64,000 nt of DNA from Camelus ferus. Its lineage: Eukaryota. The notes under the pieces were generated by a model. It searched no databases, was not told the origin of the DNA, and saw only the letters and a list, made by a program, of their open reading frames with translations. Shown here one piece after another: positions 13,291 to 25,838 of this stretch. Where the stretch lies: NCBI RefSeq assembly GCF_009834535.1, contig NC_045696.1, forward strand, positions 2,358,001-2,422,000. The letters are read 5' to 3'. Made by a program: the position numbers and the translations under genes. Numbering within the stretch: position 1 is the stretch's first letter; each line of letters opens with the position of its first letter.

Positions 13291-14728
13291 GGAATTTTTT
13301 TAAGTTTCTCTTGATATTATTGTGCTGTTTGTGCAGCCCTGTGTCAGGCCATGTCTGTCTGCAACCACCAAATATGACCATAGAAGGCAGTTCTGATGGT
13401 CATTCTCAACAGTCCTGTGATCTAGTGGAAAAACCGCCATAAACAGACTAATTGGAATGCAGCCCGCTTCAGTTCTGAGAAAAGCTGGAATTCTGAAAGG
13501 AAATGCTGTGATATAGTTTTGCGTGTGTCACCATTGCCTGAGTGACTGAAGAGTGAGTCTTGGAACCAGGCTGCTATTCTGATGAAGTCAGATATTAAAA
13601 CCCAGAGTTTATAAATCGCATAAAGCAGTTTTAGGATGAGTCAGGCTCAGCGACACTTTTCTCCTAAAGTAAATGTGACTCTACGTGTGAATGTGTATGC
13701 AGCTCTGTGCACCAAACGCACTGTCCCCTGGGTGGGCGTGAGCGGGCCACCCTGGGCCGAGCCATGGAGTCAGCAGAGTTTGATCTGTGGGCCGCTGCTG
13801 CGTTTCTAGCCCTCGGCGAAAAGCCCCTCTGCTGTAATTGTCCTGCGCTCACCTCTGTGAAAGGACATCCTGAAACCGCATAGGCTCTCCCTGTGGGCCC
13901 TTGAGCTAATTATACTTCTGTATAAATGACTTTGGGTTTTTCTGTTTTTAAGTTTACCTGTTGTTAAGTAAGGAAATGCTCTCCTGTTTTAAGGGAACTT
14001 CAGGTTGCAGGAAGAGAGAAACTGGTGGTGGTGATGCTTGGAGGGGTAAGAAGCCTCGTGTCACCTGAGGCCCACGTGAAGCTGACCCTTGGTCAGGGTG
14101 ACATCAGGAGGACAGCTCCCTTGCGAGGAGCCCTGGCTGAGACTTGCTTCTCAGAAGCTGCTGGTGGGAGGTTGAGAAGTCTTATCTGGCCTCCATGTTC
14201 TTGTTACGCTGGTGCTTAGCTCGCTGCGTCAGGGCACGCCTGGGGGGCCCTTCCTTCTCCCCCTCCCCGCCTCTGCTCCCGTCTTCCTGCCTGGGCTTGG
14301 CTGTCACGTGGCGCTTTCACAGTGCAGGGCCGCTTGGCGGCTGCAGGCTCCTTCATTAGAACTGTTGCTCTGGTAGATACCGCTTCCTTCAGGTGTGCTA
14401 GCTGGTGCTGGTCCTGGGTGTAGCCATTGGGATCGGAGGTGCCTCACTGTTCGTCTTACTTGAAAGAAGACGAATTCAAGTCTTTGGCAGTATTTATAAA
14501 CTCCAGTGCAGTACTATGTTCATTTCTATGAGTGTTCTTTTTGCCTCTGAAGTTTTTAAAAAATAAGGAATTTGCCTCTCTAAGGGCTAGTATTCACTTA
14601 CCACCCGTTTTCTATATTCTGTGTGTATTCCTTTTCTTTAAAAATATCTTGGAAAGAGGAAACACAGTAGAGATATTTCGAGGTTGAATGCTATTTATTT
14701 TTCTGATTTTATTTTGTTTTGCTTTCAG

Positions 14729-14878
14729 GAGAAACTGGCTCTTCGACAGCAGCTGAATGAAGCCAGGCAGCAGCTCCTGCAGCAGGCAGAGTATTGCACG
14801 GAGATGGGAGCAGCTGCCTGCACCATCTTGTGGGGCGTGTCCAGCAGCGAGGAGGTGGTCAAGGCCATCCTGGCGGGG
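14729..14878 (+). CDS. HSF2BP: HSF2BP coding exon (exon 5 equivalent)
   Basis: Acceptor ttttgctttcAG|GAG and donor GGG|GTaagg. 150 nt, phase 0-0, EKLALRQQLNEARQQLLQQAEYCTEMGAAACTILWGVSSSEEVVKAILAG; lies inside ORF 14684..15124. Confidence 0.97.
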
Positions 14879-15239
14879 GTAAGGCGCCCTGCTGCCTGGC
14901 TGTCATCGGTCCGTGCGCATGTAACCGCGCGGCTGCTGAGGCACTGCGGCTGCAGCTGCTGCTTGTGCTCATGGAATCGTTGTGGAATAGCAGCCGTGCA
15001 GGGTTGTGCCCTGCTGCTCTGGGGGATGTGTAAACCGAATACAGTAAGATCCCAGATTCTCTCTCAGCATCAGTGTGGCACTTGTGCAGGTAGCTCTACT
15101 TCAGTATTATTTCTTGACATTTAGGTGCATTTAATACATAAATGTACATATTCCATAGATAGTGTAGTATTGAATTGACTGAATGTTACATGTTATTTAA
15201 CATACACATGTTGATAGCATGCGTGCACACACACATCAG

Positions 15240-15790
15240 GGAGCTTCACTGACGAAGAGAGATTTGAAATGAACCTTGATAAACTTGAATAGGCAGCAGT
15301 GGAGAAAATGAGGAAGGTCACTCAGGAGGAGAGAAACAGCGGAGTCAAAGTCGTGGAGTGAGAAGTCTGGAGTTTGTTCTAGGGACAGTTCATGGGCCAT
15401 TTGACACAGAGTGCAGGGTTAGTGTGGTAAAGTCGTAGGGAAATGAGGCTTAAAAGGTAGGGTGCAGTGTAGTTTTGGAAGCCCTTAATGCCAGGTTGAT
15501 GATTTTATCCAGTGGGTGGTAGGACTGGATTCCTTAAGGGTTTTGAGTCAAAGAGTGACAGGACAAGAGAAGAATGTGGGGAGATTAACCTGACAGGAAG
15601 TGAGGAGGGGGCACTGTGGGTGTGGGGACGGGACAGGAGGACTACTCGGGAGGCCAGCCCAGGGGACCGGGCAGCACCCCAGGCACTGGGGGCCGGGAAG
15701 TGGGAGAGCTGTGTGGTTGAGGCCAGAATGGTGGCTGAGTGGCCCCTGCAGCCGAGAGGACGACAGGAGCCCCAAAGAACTGTGCTTTGA
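15240..15790 (-). mobile_element. Degraded L2 fragment
   Basis: Purine-rich segment with L2-like motifs (gatttgaaatgaaccttga; gcccttaatgccagg; ttaagggttttgag). Confidence 0.5.
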
Positions 15791-15896
15791 CTCTGGGAGG
15801 ACGGGGGGGCCTGACCGGGAGTAAGGTGGTTGGCCGGAGGCCAGTGGTGCGTTACTTGTCACTCGCAGAAGTAAAAATGGTGGAGACGCTAAATGT

Positions 15897-16080
15897 GTTT
15901 TTAAGTTTATTGACCTTTATTGAGGTATAACTAACATACCATAAAATTCACTCATTTATAACTATACAATTTAGTGGTTTTTAGCTAACTTGTAGAGTTG
16001 TGTCTTAGAATATTTGTATCACAGTCCAGTCTTAGAACATTTATGTCAGTCCATGAAGTTCCCTTGTGCCATTTGCAAAT
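15897..16080 (-). mobile_element. L1MB-like 3' terminal fragment
   Basis: ctttattgaggtataactaacataccataaaattcactcatt...tacaatttagtggtttttag. Confidence 0.75.
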
Positions 16081-16601
16081 GCATTGGTTTTCAAACTGTT
16101 CCTTAGAACCCAGCCCCCCAAGGAAGTGCTTTCAAGGTTCTGCATACTTGGAGATACTTCTTGCTGAGGGATGAACACTTAACCCGCCCGATGCAGCTGC
16201 TCACAGTCTTTTACGTATCGAGGTTTCAGTTAAGACTTTGTTTCAGAAACAGTTCTGCCAAAGGTGTGAACACCTCTGGGTTCATGCCTAGAGCAGAGAA
16301 CGTATTTTTCTAGTGTATCTGGGTGAATGCATCTCAGCACTTCTGTCATTGTGTAAATGTGAGCTGTTTCCTGTAAGTATTTTTATTTTACTCTTTCTGT
16401 CAGTCTGCAGGGTGCTTTTTCTACGTGCGCCAAACTTCTTTCTTCTGATCTTTTCAATGGGAACTTTTAATGAAGGAATGGATTTAAAAATATTGCTTCT
16501 TTGGTTAGAACTGAAGTCTGTCTCCTGTGTCCTGCGCTTTGAAAGTGTTTTCCCACTGGCATCTGTGAAAGGGTGTAATACTTTCATTTCTAAACTTTCA
16601 G

Positions 16602-16734
16602 GATAAAGCTTTGAAGTTTTTCAACATCACTGGTCAAACAATGGAGAGTTTTGTGAAGTCACTGGATGGTGATGTCAAGGAGCTGGATTCTGACGAAAAT
16701 CAGTTTGTTTTTGCTTTGGCTGGAATCGTAACAA
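16602..16734 (+). CDS. HSF2BP: HSF2BP coding exon (exon 6 equivalent), armadillo domain
   Basis: Acceptor aactttcAG|GAT and donor CAA|GTgagt. 133 nt = 44 codons + 1 nt, DKALKFFNITGQTMESFVKSLDGDVKELDSDENQFVFALAGIVT. Includes the Ser167-equivalent codon TCA at 16659-16661. Confidence 0.97.
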
Positions 16735-19700
16735 GTGAGTAGTTCTTTTCAAATGTAGCGACTTTCGGAAGTGTGCTGCAGACCAGCGGTCACAGTCGCG
16801 GGTGTGTGCGCATGGTCTCCTCTCAGGAACGCTGTCAAGCCGGCTCCTGCCCTGGCGAGTCTGACTCAGCGGGTCTGGGAGAGGTACCGGGAGTGTGTGT
16901 TGCGGGGCAGCACCCCGGGGATTCTGATCAGTGTCGGTGAGTGAGAAGGACTCCTCCTGGGAAACAGTGGGTGAGCCTGCGTGTTCTGTTCCACCTGCGT
17001 GACGGCGTCAGGACAGAGCTGTAAGCTCAGCCACTTGTCACCGGGAGCCATCCCCCATGTACCGTCTAGCTGAAGTGACAGCCTTACGCTGAGCCGAAGT
17101 GAAGCTCTTGCTGCTGTCTTGGTACTGTAATTAAAGAATTCCAAAACCCTGAGTTGTCTCTTTTGTGAAGTTCCCCCCAAAATTATAGTTATAGTTAGAC
17201 AGAATTCTCTGGCAAAACTGCTGAAAGGATAAAGCCAAGTGGCCAAGTACGTGACGCTGCCGTCCCAGCGTAGCCGGAGGCGGCGAGCGCGGGGGGCGTC
17301 GGGCTCGCTGTTCTGTAGTCAGTGGAGCTGTTCCGTGCGGCTGCCTGCCGTTTCTACGTAGCTCTTTCGTCTCTGCTGTGTCCTGTGCTGCTCTTGGGCT
17401 GACTCTGCCGTGAAGGAGAGAGGAAATTTTGTTTTTCCTCGTGGCGTTGTCCTTCATCTGCTGAAACCCTAATGAAGTGGATCCCGCGTAGACCGTTTCT
17501 TCTTAATCCCTTAAAAATCGGCGCTGTTCTTCTGGGGCAGAAGCTGAGACCCAGGTGGTGCCTGGGCCGGTCCTGGCTTAGCCTGGCTGGCACGTCAGTC
17601 TTCTGCAGGAGGGCCTTCCGTACTTCTGCTGTTGCACCTTCAGTGGTGGAGGCTTCCATTGCTCTACCTTTTAAAATTGCTTTAAGGTCTTTTTTTTTTT
17701 AGTAGAAGGTATTTGCAAATTTGATGATTCAATTTTCTACTATTTGCAGGTGACCTCAAAGGTCTGTGATGTGTGTGATTTTTCATTCTGCTGAGTTGGG
17801 GATTTGGGCTGCTTGCATGGCCAGCTGGTGGGCAGTGGTGGGGCAGTGGCCAGCGGGTAAGGCCAGCCTGCTGCCCAGTGTACGAGCGCAGCTTGGCTTT
17901 GTTTCTCCCCGATCGGAGGGGCTCACGTGGGAACCCCCTGAAGAGTCGGAAAGTGGGCACTTGTAGTTCCCCCTTACATGTGATGCGTTCGCTGGGACGA
18001 TTGCACCCCGCAGTGGTGGTCTATAAAAGCGCTGCTCCCCAGAGGCCTCGGGGACTCACATATCTGGATGCCAAGACTCTAGTCCACAGGGAGGCGGCAT
18101 TACCGCAGAGACCGCGGTTGCTGTCAGGTCCTCTGCTTCTAAAACAGGATTCTTTTAAAAAAATTTACACACAATAAATTAACCTATCACAATTTTTCCG
18201 TCACCTTTTTATGGTTCTGCAGGTTTTGTCAAATGCATTTCGTCATGTAACCACACAGTTAAGGTGTGGAGCGGCTCCATCGTGTCTCCCACCTCTCCCC
18301 TTCTCCCACTGTCTTCCCTTTGCAGTCAGCCCCTCTGCCCGCTTGTCTGCCCAGGCAGTCGCCCGTCTGGTGGTTTGTTGTACCTTTTGACTGAATCTTT
18401 CTTGCTGGCCTGTGTGGCACCCAGCGTCTGCCCCCGGCCAGCAGGCGCTTGCCTCACACCTCTGCTCACAGCACCTCCTTTCCTTATTTTTCGTGTCAGT
18501 TGGTCAATCTTCAGCCTCAGTTCTCTGATGTGTTCAAGATGAGTTGTGTTTTTTCAGATCATCTACCCTGCCCCTTTTAAAGAATAGAGGTATAGCTCGC
18601 TCCATTTCCTGAATCCTAAGCAAAAACTGGGTGTCAAGGATTTGTTTAAACATTGATGTTGTTAAATTTCTTACTCACCCATAGTCGCTGTTCTTAATCA
18701 TAGGTTAATATGGTATGAAGGGTCTGGATTTTTAGGCCCAGAGAGTCCACTTCCCAGGATGTAAAGTCTCCGGACTTTACTTCCCTCGTCTGCGGAGTGG
18801 AGTAGTGATACCTGCTGTAACCGCGTGGCACGCTGCTGTGGCTGTTTCTGAGTTGTGGGGGGCGGGCAGCACGCTGTGTGGGCAAGGCATTGTTTGACAT
18901 AGAGGTGCAATTATTTTCAGTGACTGTTACACGTGGACAAAAAGGAACTTAAATGAAGATGGCAGATTGTTATCACAGCCCTGTGAAGATTAACTTGCCT
19001 AGCTTGCAAGTGGAAAACCTATTTTTCTAACTACTTTTTCTGCTTTTTGGTGATTTGAAAATCATAGTTACATTCCTTGCCCCTTAATTCTGAGTTCATT
19101 CATTCAAACGAGGTATTAGGTAATGATCATAGAATCAACACGACTGATTTTTGATAATTCACGGCAGGACTGGATCCAGCTTATCTTTCGTGGACGAGAT
19201 AGTCCCGCAGAGCTGGTAGCAGAGCAGCTCTGTGTCAGTGGCCTTGTGTCACTGCTCCCCGCCCTGCTCTCTCCTGCTCCCCGTCCCCCTCCTCCATGCA
19301 CTCTCCCTGACACGGGGAGCGGTGGCTGTGTGAGAATGGAGGCCAGTGTCCACTTCTGCTTCCATCACTGACCAGCCTTGTGTTCTTGAGTCTGTGACCC
19401 TCAGGAAAAGACTTCTGAGAAAAGACTCTTAGGCCCCAGATGATGGTTAACATCTGCCCCGGCCCTGGATGTGGGTGGGTCTGTGTGTGGGAGAGCAAGT
19501 TGCCAGATCTGTGCTGTGACATTTAGCCAGGCTTCTGTCACCTAGTCCAAGCCTGGAGTGAAGTGTCAGCGCTTGGGCATTTGGGTGTTTCCGCTCTCTG
19601 GCTGTTAGGGGTAGTGCTGCTGTGAACGTTCGTGTGCAGGTTTCCGTGTGAACATGAGTGCTCAGCCCCTGGGTGTGCTTGGCAGTGGAAGTGCTGGGTC

Positions 19701-20592
19701 ACGGGGCAGCTCTGTGTTTAATCTTTGAGGAACCACTAGACCCTTTTCCGCGTGGCCGCACATTCGCCTTCTGGCAGTTGCTCTTCCCTAGGTCTGCAGA
19801 ACGTTCCAGCTTTTCTGTGTGTGGGGATCTCTGTTGTCGCTGGAGGTGGCTGGTTGTTTGAGCTCCAGGAGAGATCATCAGGGACTGTGTGGACCCTCGC
19901 ACTGTGGTCGGGCCTCCTGGAAGGTGAGGCTGGCTGGGCGGGAGCTGATTTTCAGTGTGAGCACTGACCACTGTGATTTCATCTTGGTTCTGTCTCTGAA
20001 TCATTCATCGAATCAGCTTTCAGGACAACAGCCGAACGGAAGCATTTAGGACTCAGGGACAGATGTGGGACAAGTATAAGCTAGGCCCTAGGAGGACACC
20101 CTGGACTGGTGACCTGATCGAGGTCATGACCAGCTAGTGTTGCCCCTTTTCCCTTACGGATCAGACCCCTCAGCGGACAGCGCTAAGGTGGCTTGGGAAG
20201 GGGCGTGTCCTCTGCAAGCTGTCTCCCATCGTGGACACTTGCACTGTAGAGAGAACCGAGGCTGTCTGTCATCAGACAAGTCTAACAGGTGCTGGGCTGA
20301 GGGTGTTTTGCTGACGTACTGTTACGTCAGAAGGAGAAAGTAGTACTATTTCATAATTGATTTGAGGGAAAGTGCTGGGTATTTTTGGTTAGCAGTTGGG
20401 ATGGTACCGCACGTGGTGCCACCAGGCTTCTAGGTGATCCTGGCACAAGGCCTGAAAACCATTGAATTTAGCTGAGTGGCAGTTGCTCTGAAACAAGGAG
20501 GCAGTGAGCCTTGCCTCCTGGGTTAAGGGACAGGCCCTGTGAGGCGGTGGGTCTTTGATCAGTGCTGTGTCGTTGAGTTCATGTCCCTAGAG

Positions 20593-20792
20593 CAGTGCTT
20601 CTCAAGCTCAGCAGTAGAATTCTCTGTCAGGAGGGGTGTTCTGTGCATTGTTGGGGTTTAGAGACACGCCTGGACTCTACCCACTAGAGGCCAGGAGCAA
20701 CCCCCAGCTGTGACAACCAGGAAAGTCTCCAGATGTTGCCAAATGTCTGCTGGCAGCAAGATGATCCTCCTTTGCTACTTTGAGAACCTGTG
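20593..20792. mobile_element. MER20 (hAT-Charlie MITE) with 8-bp TSD
   Basis: TIR-like ends cagtgcttctcaa / ttgagaacctgtg and core ctctacccactaga..ccag, gtgacaacca..gtctccagatgttgccaaatgtc. Flanks CCCTAGAG (20585-20592) and CCCCAGAG (20793-20800) match 7/8. Confidence 0.88.
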
Positions 20793-21829
20793 CCCCAGAG
20801 CGTGGCCTTCACCTGCCATGCACAGAGACAGAGTGGTGTGTGACACTCGGGAAGAACAGAGGTGATTGTGGAGAGAGATTTTGAGATCACCGAAGGCGTT
20901 GTGGCTTCTGTGCCCCGGGCATGTTTGCGTCTAGTCATGTGGAGGTCTTCCTAATTCAGGGCAGTTTGGTGTCTGTTATCCACGGTATCCAGTTAACCAC
21001 AGTTACAGGTTGGGAGAAATGAAAGATGCTGGGAGTCTTTCTTTCCTGAGAGTGCGGTTGAGTGTAAAGGGAGGGATTCTGAGCAAGTGGCGAGAACAGG
21101 AGTTCCGCTCGCAGGTGAGCCGTGGGAAGGCGGGGGCTCCTGCTTCCCTCCTGGTGGATCTGAGGTCAGCGCATTTGGCTGGAAGTGAAACTGTGTCACC
21201 ATAGGCTTTGCCAGTGATTTTTCTATGACTGGCTGTCCTCACAAAGTGTGCTCATTCTGCAGTGGAAACTTATCTAACCTGGCGAGGCAGGGTTTACGGG
21301 CGAACACGCCAGCAGATTGTAAGCGGTGTGGGAACGGCTCCCAGGAGCCTCTCTGACACTGCAGAATGACAGCAGCAGGCGGACGGCCTTGCTTCATTCC
21401 TGCCAGCTGACCCTCAGGCGCTGGCTGCTTCTCTCTGATCGGACTTCTCACCACAGAAGCCAGGAGAGAAACTGGATTCTAGAAGCCACTTCCCAGTGGG
21501 ACTGGACACTCCCTCCAGCTCTGAGGGGGGCTTTCCATAAATAGTGTACAGAGGCAGTTCCCAGACTGAGATTACCCATGGCCTTTGGCCTACTCCCACC
21601 CCGACAGCTAAGTGATTGACTTGATAAGAAAGTACCACAGCACATGCAAAGGAAAGAACCCAAACAGTAAAACAGGGTCATAGTATTAATAGAGCAAACT
21701 TGCTTATGTTTATTTCAAAAAAATATGGCGAATTAGTGCTACAGATAAGTGGTTTATAGAACACAGGCCCAGGATGAGCAGTAGAGACTGAGTAACCCAG
21801 TGAACGGGGCTGTGTGTCCCTACAGTTAC

Positions 21830-23180
21830 TCCTTCTTAACAGCTTTATTGAGATACAATAATACACCATACAGTTTGCCAATTTGAAGTATATAATTTGA
21901 TGGCATTAGTACATATGCTATGCATCACTTTCCATGATCAGTTTTAAAGCATTTCATCACCCCAAAAGAAAGCCTGCCAGCCTCCGCCATTCCCCAGCCC
22001 TGCCGTTTCCCTGGCTCCAGGCAGCCACTAAGCTGCTTCTGGACTCCGGATTTTTCCTGTGCCTGACACTCCGTATAGTGGACCCATAGAGTGCGGTCCT
22101 TTGTGACTGGCTGTTTGTTTGCTTTGTTCACTTAGCATAGTGTTTTCAAGGCATTTATGTCATAGCGGGTGTCAGCGCTTCATTCCTTTCTGTGGCTGAA
22201 TAGTACTCTGTTGTATGGCTACCACATTTATCCATTTATCAATCGACGGACATTTGGGTTGTTTCTGTTTTTTAGTTATTGTGAATAATGATGCTGTGAA
22301 CATTTGTGTACGAGTTTTTTGCATGTACAGGTTTTCATTTCTCTTGGGTATACAGCTCGGAGTGGGCTTGCTGGGTCATACAGTATGGCTTTAACCATTT
22401 GAGGAACTGTCAGACCATTTTCTGACATTGACTTCACCATTTTACATTCCCACCCGTGCTTTTTAGTTATTTTTTTGGTTAGAGCCATCATAGTGGGTAT
22501 GAAGTGGTATCTCATCGTGGTTTTGATTTGCATGTCCCTGATGGCTAATGATATTGAGCGTCTTTTCATGTGCTCTTTGGCCATTTGTGTATTTTCTTTG
22601 GAGAAATGTCTATTCAAGCTCTTTGCCCGTTGTATAAAATTAAGTCCTTTATCTCTTTATTATTGAGTTGTAAGGGTTTTTTGTATATTCTAGATACCAG
22701 TCCCTTGTCAGATACACGATTGCAAAAAGTTCTCTCATTTTGTGGTTGTCTTTTCACTTTCTTGATAATGTCCTTTGAAGCACAAATGTTTTAATTATGA
22801 TGACATCCAGTATAGTTTTTCTTTAGTTGCTTGTGTTTTGTTGTAAAACTAAGAAACCGTTGTCTACTTCAAGGACATGAAATTTACTCCAATGTTTTTT
22901 TCTAAGGGTTTTATAGCTTTAGCTCACACATTTTGGTCTTTGATTCACTTTGAGTTAATCTTTATGTACGGTGTGAGGTAGGGGTCCAGTTTCATTTCTT
23001 TGCATGTGACTATCCAGTTGTCCCAGCACCATTTGTAGAAAAGATTTTTCTTTTGTCCTTTCTCCATTCAGTTGCCTTGATACCTTTTTGGAAATCAATT
23101 GGTCATAAATTTGAGTATTTATTTCTGGACTCTTATTTCTGCCATTGATCTATGTAGCTGTCATTATGCCAGTACCCTGT
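21830..23180 (-). mobile_element. L1MB-like element (3' UTR plus ORF2 C-terminal remnant)
   Basis: Minus ORF 22276..22617 reads [41 protein letters not shown], the L1 ORF2 C-terminus; 3' end acagctttattgagata. Confidence 0.9.
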
Positions 23181-23674
23181 TATTATTTCTTATTGTTGAA
23201 AATAAGACAAAGTTATTACAAACTAAAGCAAAAATATCAGACATGCTATACTTCAATTCTTTATATTTTTTATCAGAAAACATAATTCACACTAGTTTCG
23301 TTTTTTATATAATTACTATGGTAACCTCTAGAAATATCTATAAACTTCAAAGAAAAATGAGCCTACAAAAAATAAGTACATTTTAACAGAAAATTAAACC
23401 AACAATCGTTTTTAGTCCTGAGGTTGACTTTCGTAAGCATCCCAGACAGTCTGACAGACACTCGAGTTATCAGTGTACGAGTTTATTCACATTTATTTCA
23501 CCTCACAATTTGCTCTTCAGTTATCGGCAGTCAGTGAAATGCAGGGTTGGCATTTGCTGTCCTAGTACTGGATACGTGATACAGGGCTCCATCTCCCGGT
23601 AAGGTTATTGTGTTTGTTGCTGGTGCCTGCTCTGATACCATGTACCTTTGCTGTGTAGTGTTTCATCAGTGATG

Positions 23675-24170
23675 TGTTAGTGATGTTCCCACTGTCTACT
23701 GCTATGTAACAAACTGCCCCAAACTTCATCTTTAAACAGCAGTCATTTATTTTGCTTGCAAACCTGCAGTTTGCTCAGGGCTTGGCAGGGATGATTCGCT
23801 GTGGCTCTGCTCTGTCTGGGGCCTCAGCTGGGGTGACCCAGATTGCTGAGGGATGGAACAGCGAGGGGCTGGTGGATGTCCTTCTCTCCTCTGTGGTCTT
23901 AGGGCTTCTCCACCGTGTGCTTTTCCTGTGGTCTCTGCACCACAGCAAGCCTCGGGAGAGTCAGATTGCTTTTCTAGCGACCCAGGGCTCCTAGAGCAAG
24001 TGGCAAGAGACCAAGGTGGAAGCCGTCAGGCTCCTCTCCACCTTTCCTTGAAAGTCACGCAGCAGGTCTGATGTGTTCTGCTAGTTACACATTGAGTCTT
24101 AGGGCAGGAACAACCCAAGGGTCTGCAGAGGCACGGTCTTGGGAAGTCGTCTCTGGAAACTACCTACCAA
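23675..24170 (-). mobile_element. MaLR LTR (MLT1G/H-like), antisense
   Basis: tctactgctatgtaacaaactgccccaaactt...gggcttggcaggga...cctcagctggg...ggtggaagc...tggaaactacctacca. Confidence 0.75.
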
Positions 24171-25720
24171 AATATGTGGCTGGAATGTAAGTTTTCCTGC
24201 AAGGTTCCAGTATGTATCTTAACATGAAAAATGTTTTCCCCCCAAAAACTACCTTAAAATGATCTTCTCTCAGCTTATGACGCCAGATGCTTCATTGTCC
24301 CCCCCGCCCCCCAAATATTTCTTCAGTCGAGGTAGAGTTTTACGTGATAGAAAATACACTCATCAGGTTCAGATTCACTGAAGAAAGGAGGTGTCAGTGA
24401 AGGGGTCCGTCTTCAGCAAAGTTACAGCTGTCATAAAATTATATACCAGATGAACAGCACCGATTTACGAGGCAAACTTGGTGGGAAGATAAGCAGAAAT
24501 GGGAAAAGAAATGTTAGGTTTAAGAGATTTTAATGTACCTCTTTTGATCCTCATCAGCTTAGAAAAACAAAAATAAATAGGAATATCCAGGATCTGAGTC
24601 TATAAAGTTGATCTGGTTGCATAGATTAACTTTTATAGTATGACTGAAAAATTATGCTGAATACTGGAATTTGACACAGCATTGTAAAATGATTATAAAT
24701 CAATAAAAAATGTTAAAAAAACTTTTATATTCTACCATCAGATACAGTTAATCAGAGGCAGAACAGGTAAGTGATAAAATTCATCCTCCCTCCTGGACAA
24801 TTATTAGTAAACTAAAAATAGAACAACACTTTCTTGAAGGAGAGAGGACATCCGCCAGGACCCCCGTCAGACATCACGTTAACTGAGTTAGGAGACGCGT
24901 TTCCATCGAAGTCAGGGGAGGAGCCAGGCTGCTGCTGCTCTTCCACGCTGGCTGGCTCGTTCGTGTTAGGGGTTTTAGTCACTTTGAATCATGCTTTACT
25001 GTTAGACCTAGCTAAGAAGAGTCTTACCAACACACACATAAGTGTTTTTGGATCACCGATGTGTCCTTCCAGGTCCTTGGGAATGTTGGTGGAGCATTAG
25101 CTGCAGCTCCCTGGGGAGCCCGTGTAATGACCAGGTCTGGTCTCCACGCTGGTCTGCAGGGCCTCAGGCCTGAAGAAACTGTGATACTGTTGACCATTAC
25201 AGGATGCACAATTCAGAAAAGTTTTTTTTTTAGAATCAATTTTCATACTCTCTTTTGACCTCATGATTTCAGTTTGGTATTGTGGTTCAAGCCATTAGGA
25301 TTTCAGTCCCGGGGCTGAACTTGGGTTTTGGTGTCCTGGTCCCAGATGAAGCAATCAGCCCTCACCTTCCACTTGGACCCTGACTGCTCACAGCTGTTAA
25401 TCCAGCCTTCTGCAGCCCGGCGCCCGCTTGCTGTGCTGTGCTCAGGCTGCGGAAACGTTAGGCCCAGTGCTCTGTTCCACCGCCGGGCACTTGCTGATCA
25501 CAGAGGCCGTTGCTCACTGTCTCCGTAGCTGCTGTCACTGTCAGTCACTCCGTCTGGGCTGCCCACCCTGTGGACGACACCGCTTAGCGCCTTGTCGGCC
25601 GTCTGCGTTTCACTAGGTCTGTGAGGAGAGAAGCAGCAGCAGCCGTTCTGCCTCGGACAGGCTTTTCTAGGCACTGAAGCCACAGCGATTCTGACGCTTC
25701 GTTTTCTCTTCCTGTTGCAG

Positions 25721-25838
25721 ATGTTGCTGCCGTCGCATGTGGCCGGGAGTTCCTGGTTACCTCAAGCCGCGTGCTCTTGGACACCATCCTGCAGCTTCTG
25801 GGAGACTTGAAGCCGGGACAGTGCACCAGACTCAAAGT
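25721..25838 (+). CDS. HSF2BP: HSF2BP coding exon (exon 7 equivalent), armadillo domain
   Basis: Acceptor ttctcttcctgttgcAG|AT and donor AGT|GTacgg. 118 nt = 2 nt + 38 codons + 2 nt, (N)VAAVACGREFLVTSSRVLLDTILQLLGDLKPGQCTRLK(V). Includes the Arg200-equivalent codon CGG at 25744-25746, a residue needed for BRCA2 binding in human. Confidence 0.96.

Noticed and set aside
13575..13650. Possible intronic C/D box snoRNA (TGATGA near 13580)
   Set aside because: No suitably placed terminal D box (CTGA) or terminal stem.
14879..15124. Read-through of ORF 14684..15124 beyond the exon (similarly ORF 34594..34836)
   Set aside because: HSF2BP similarity stops exactly at strong GTAAGG donors; the extensions are intronic sequence.
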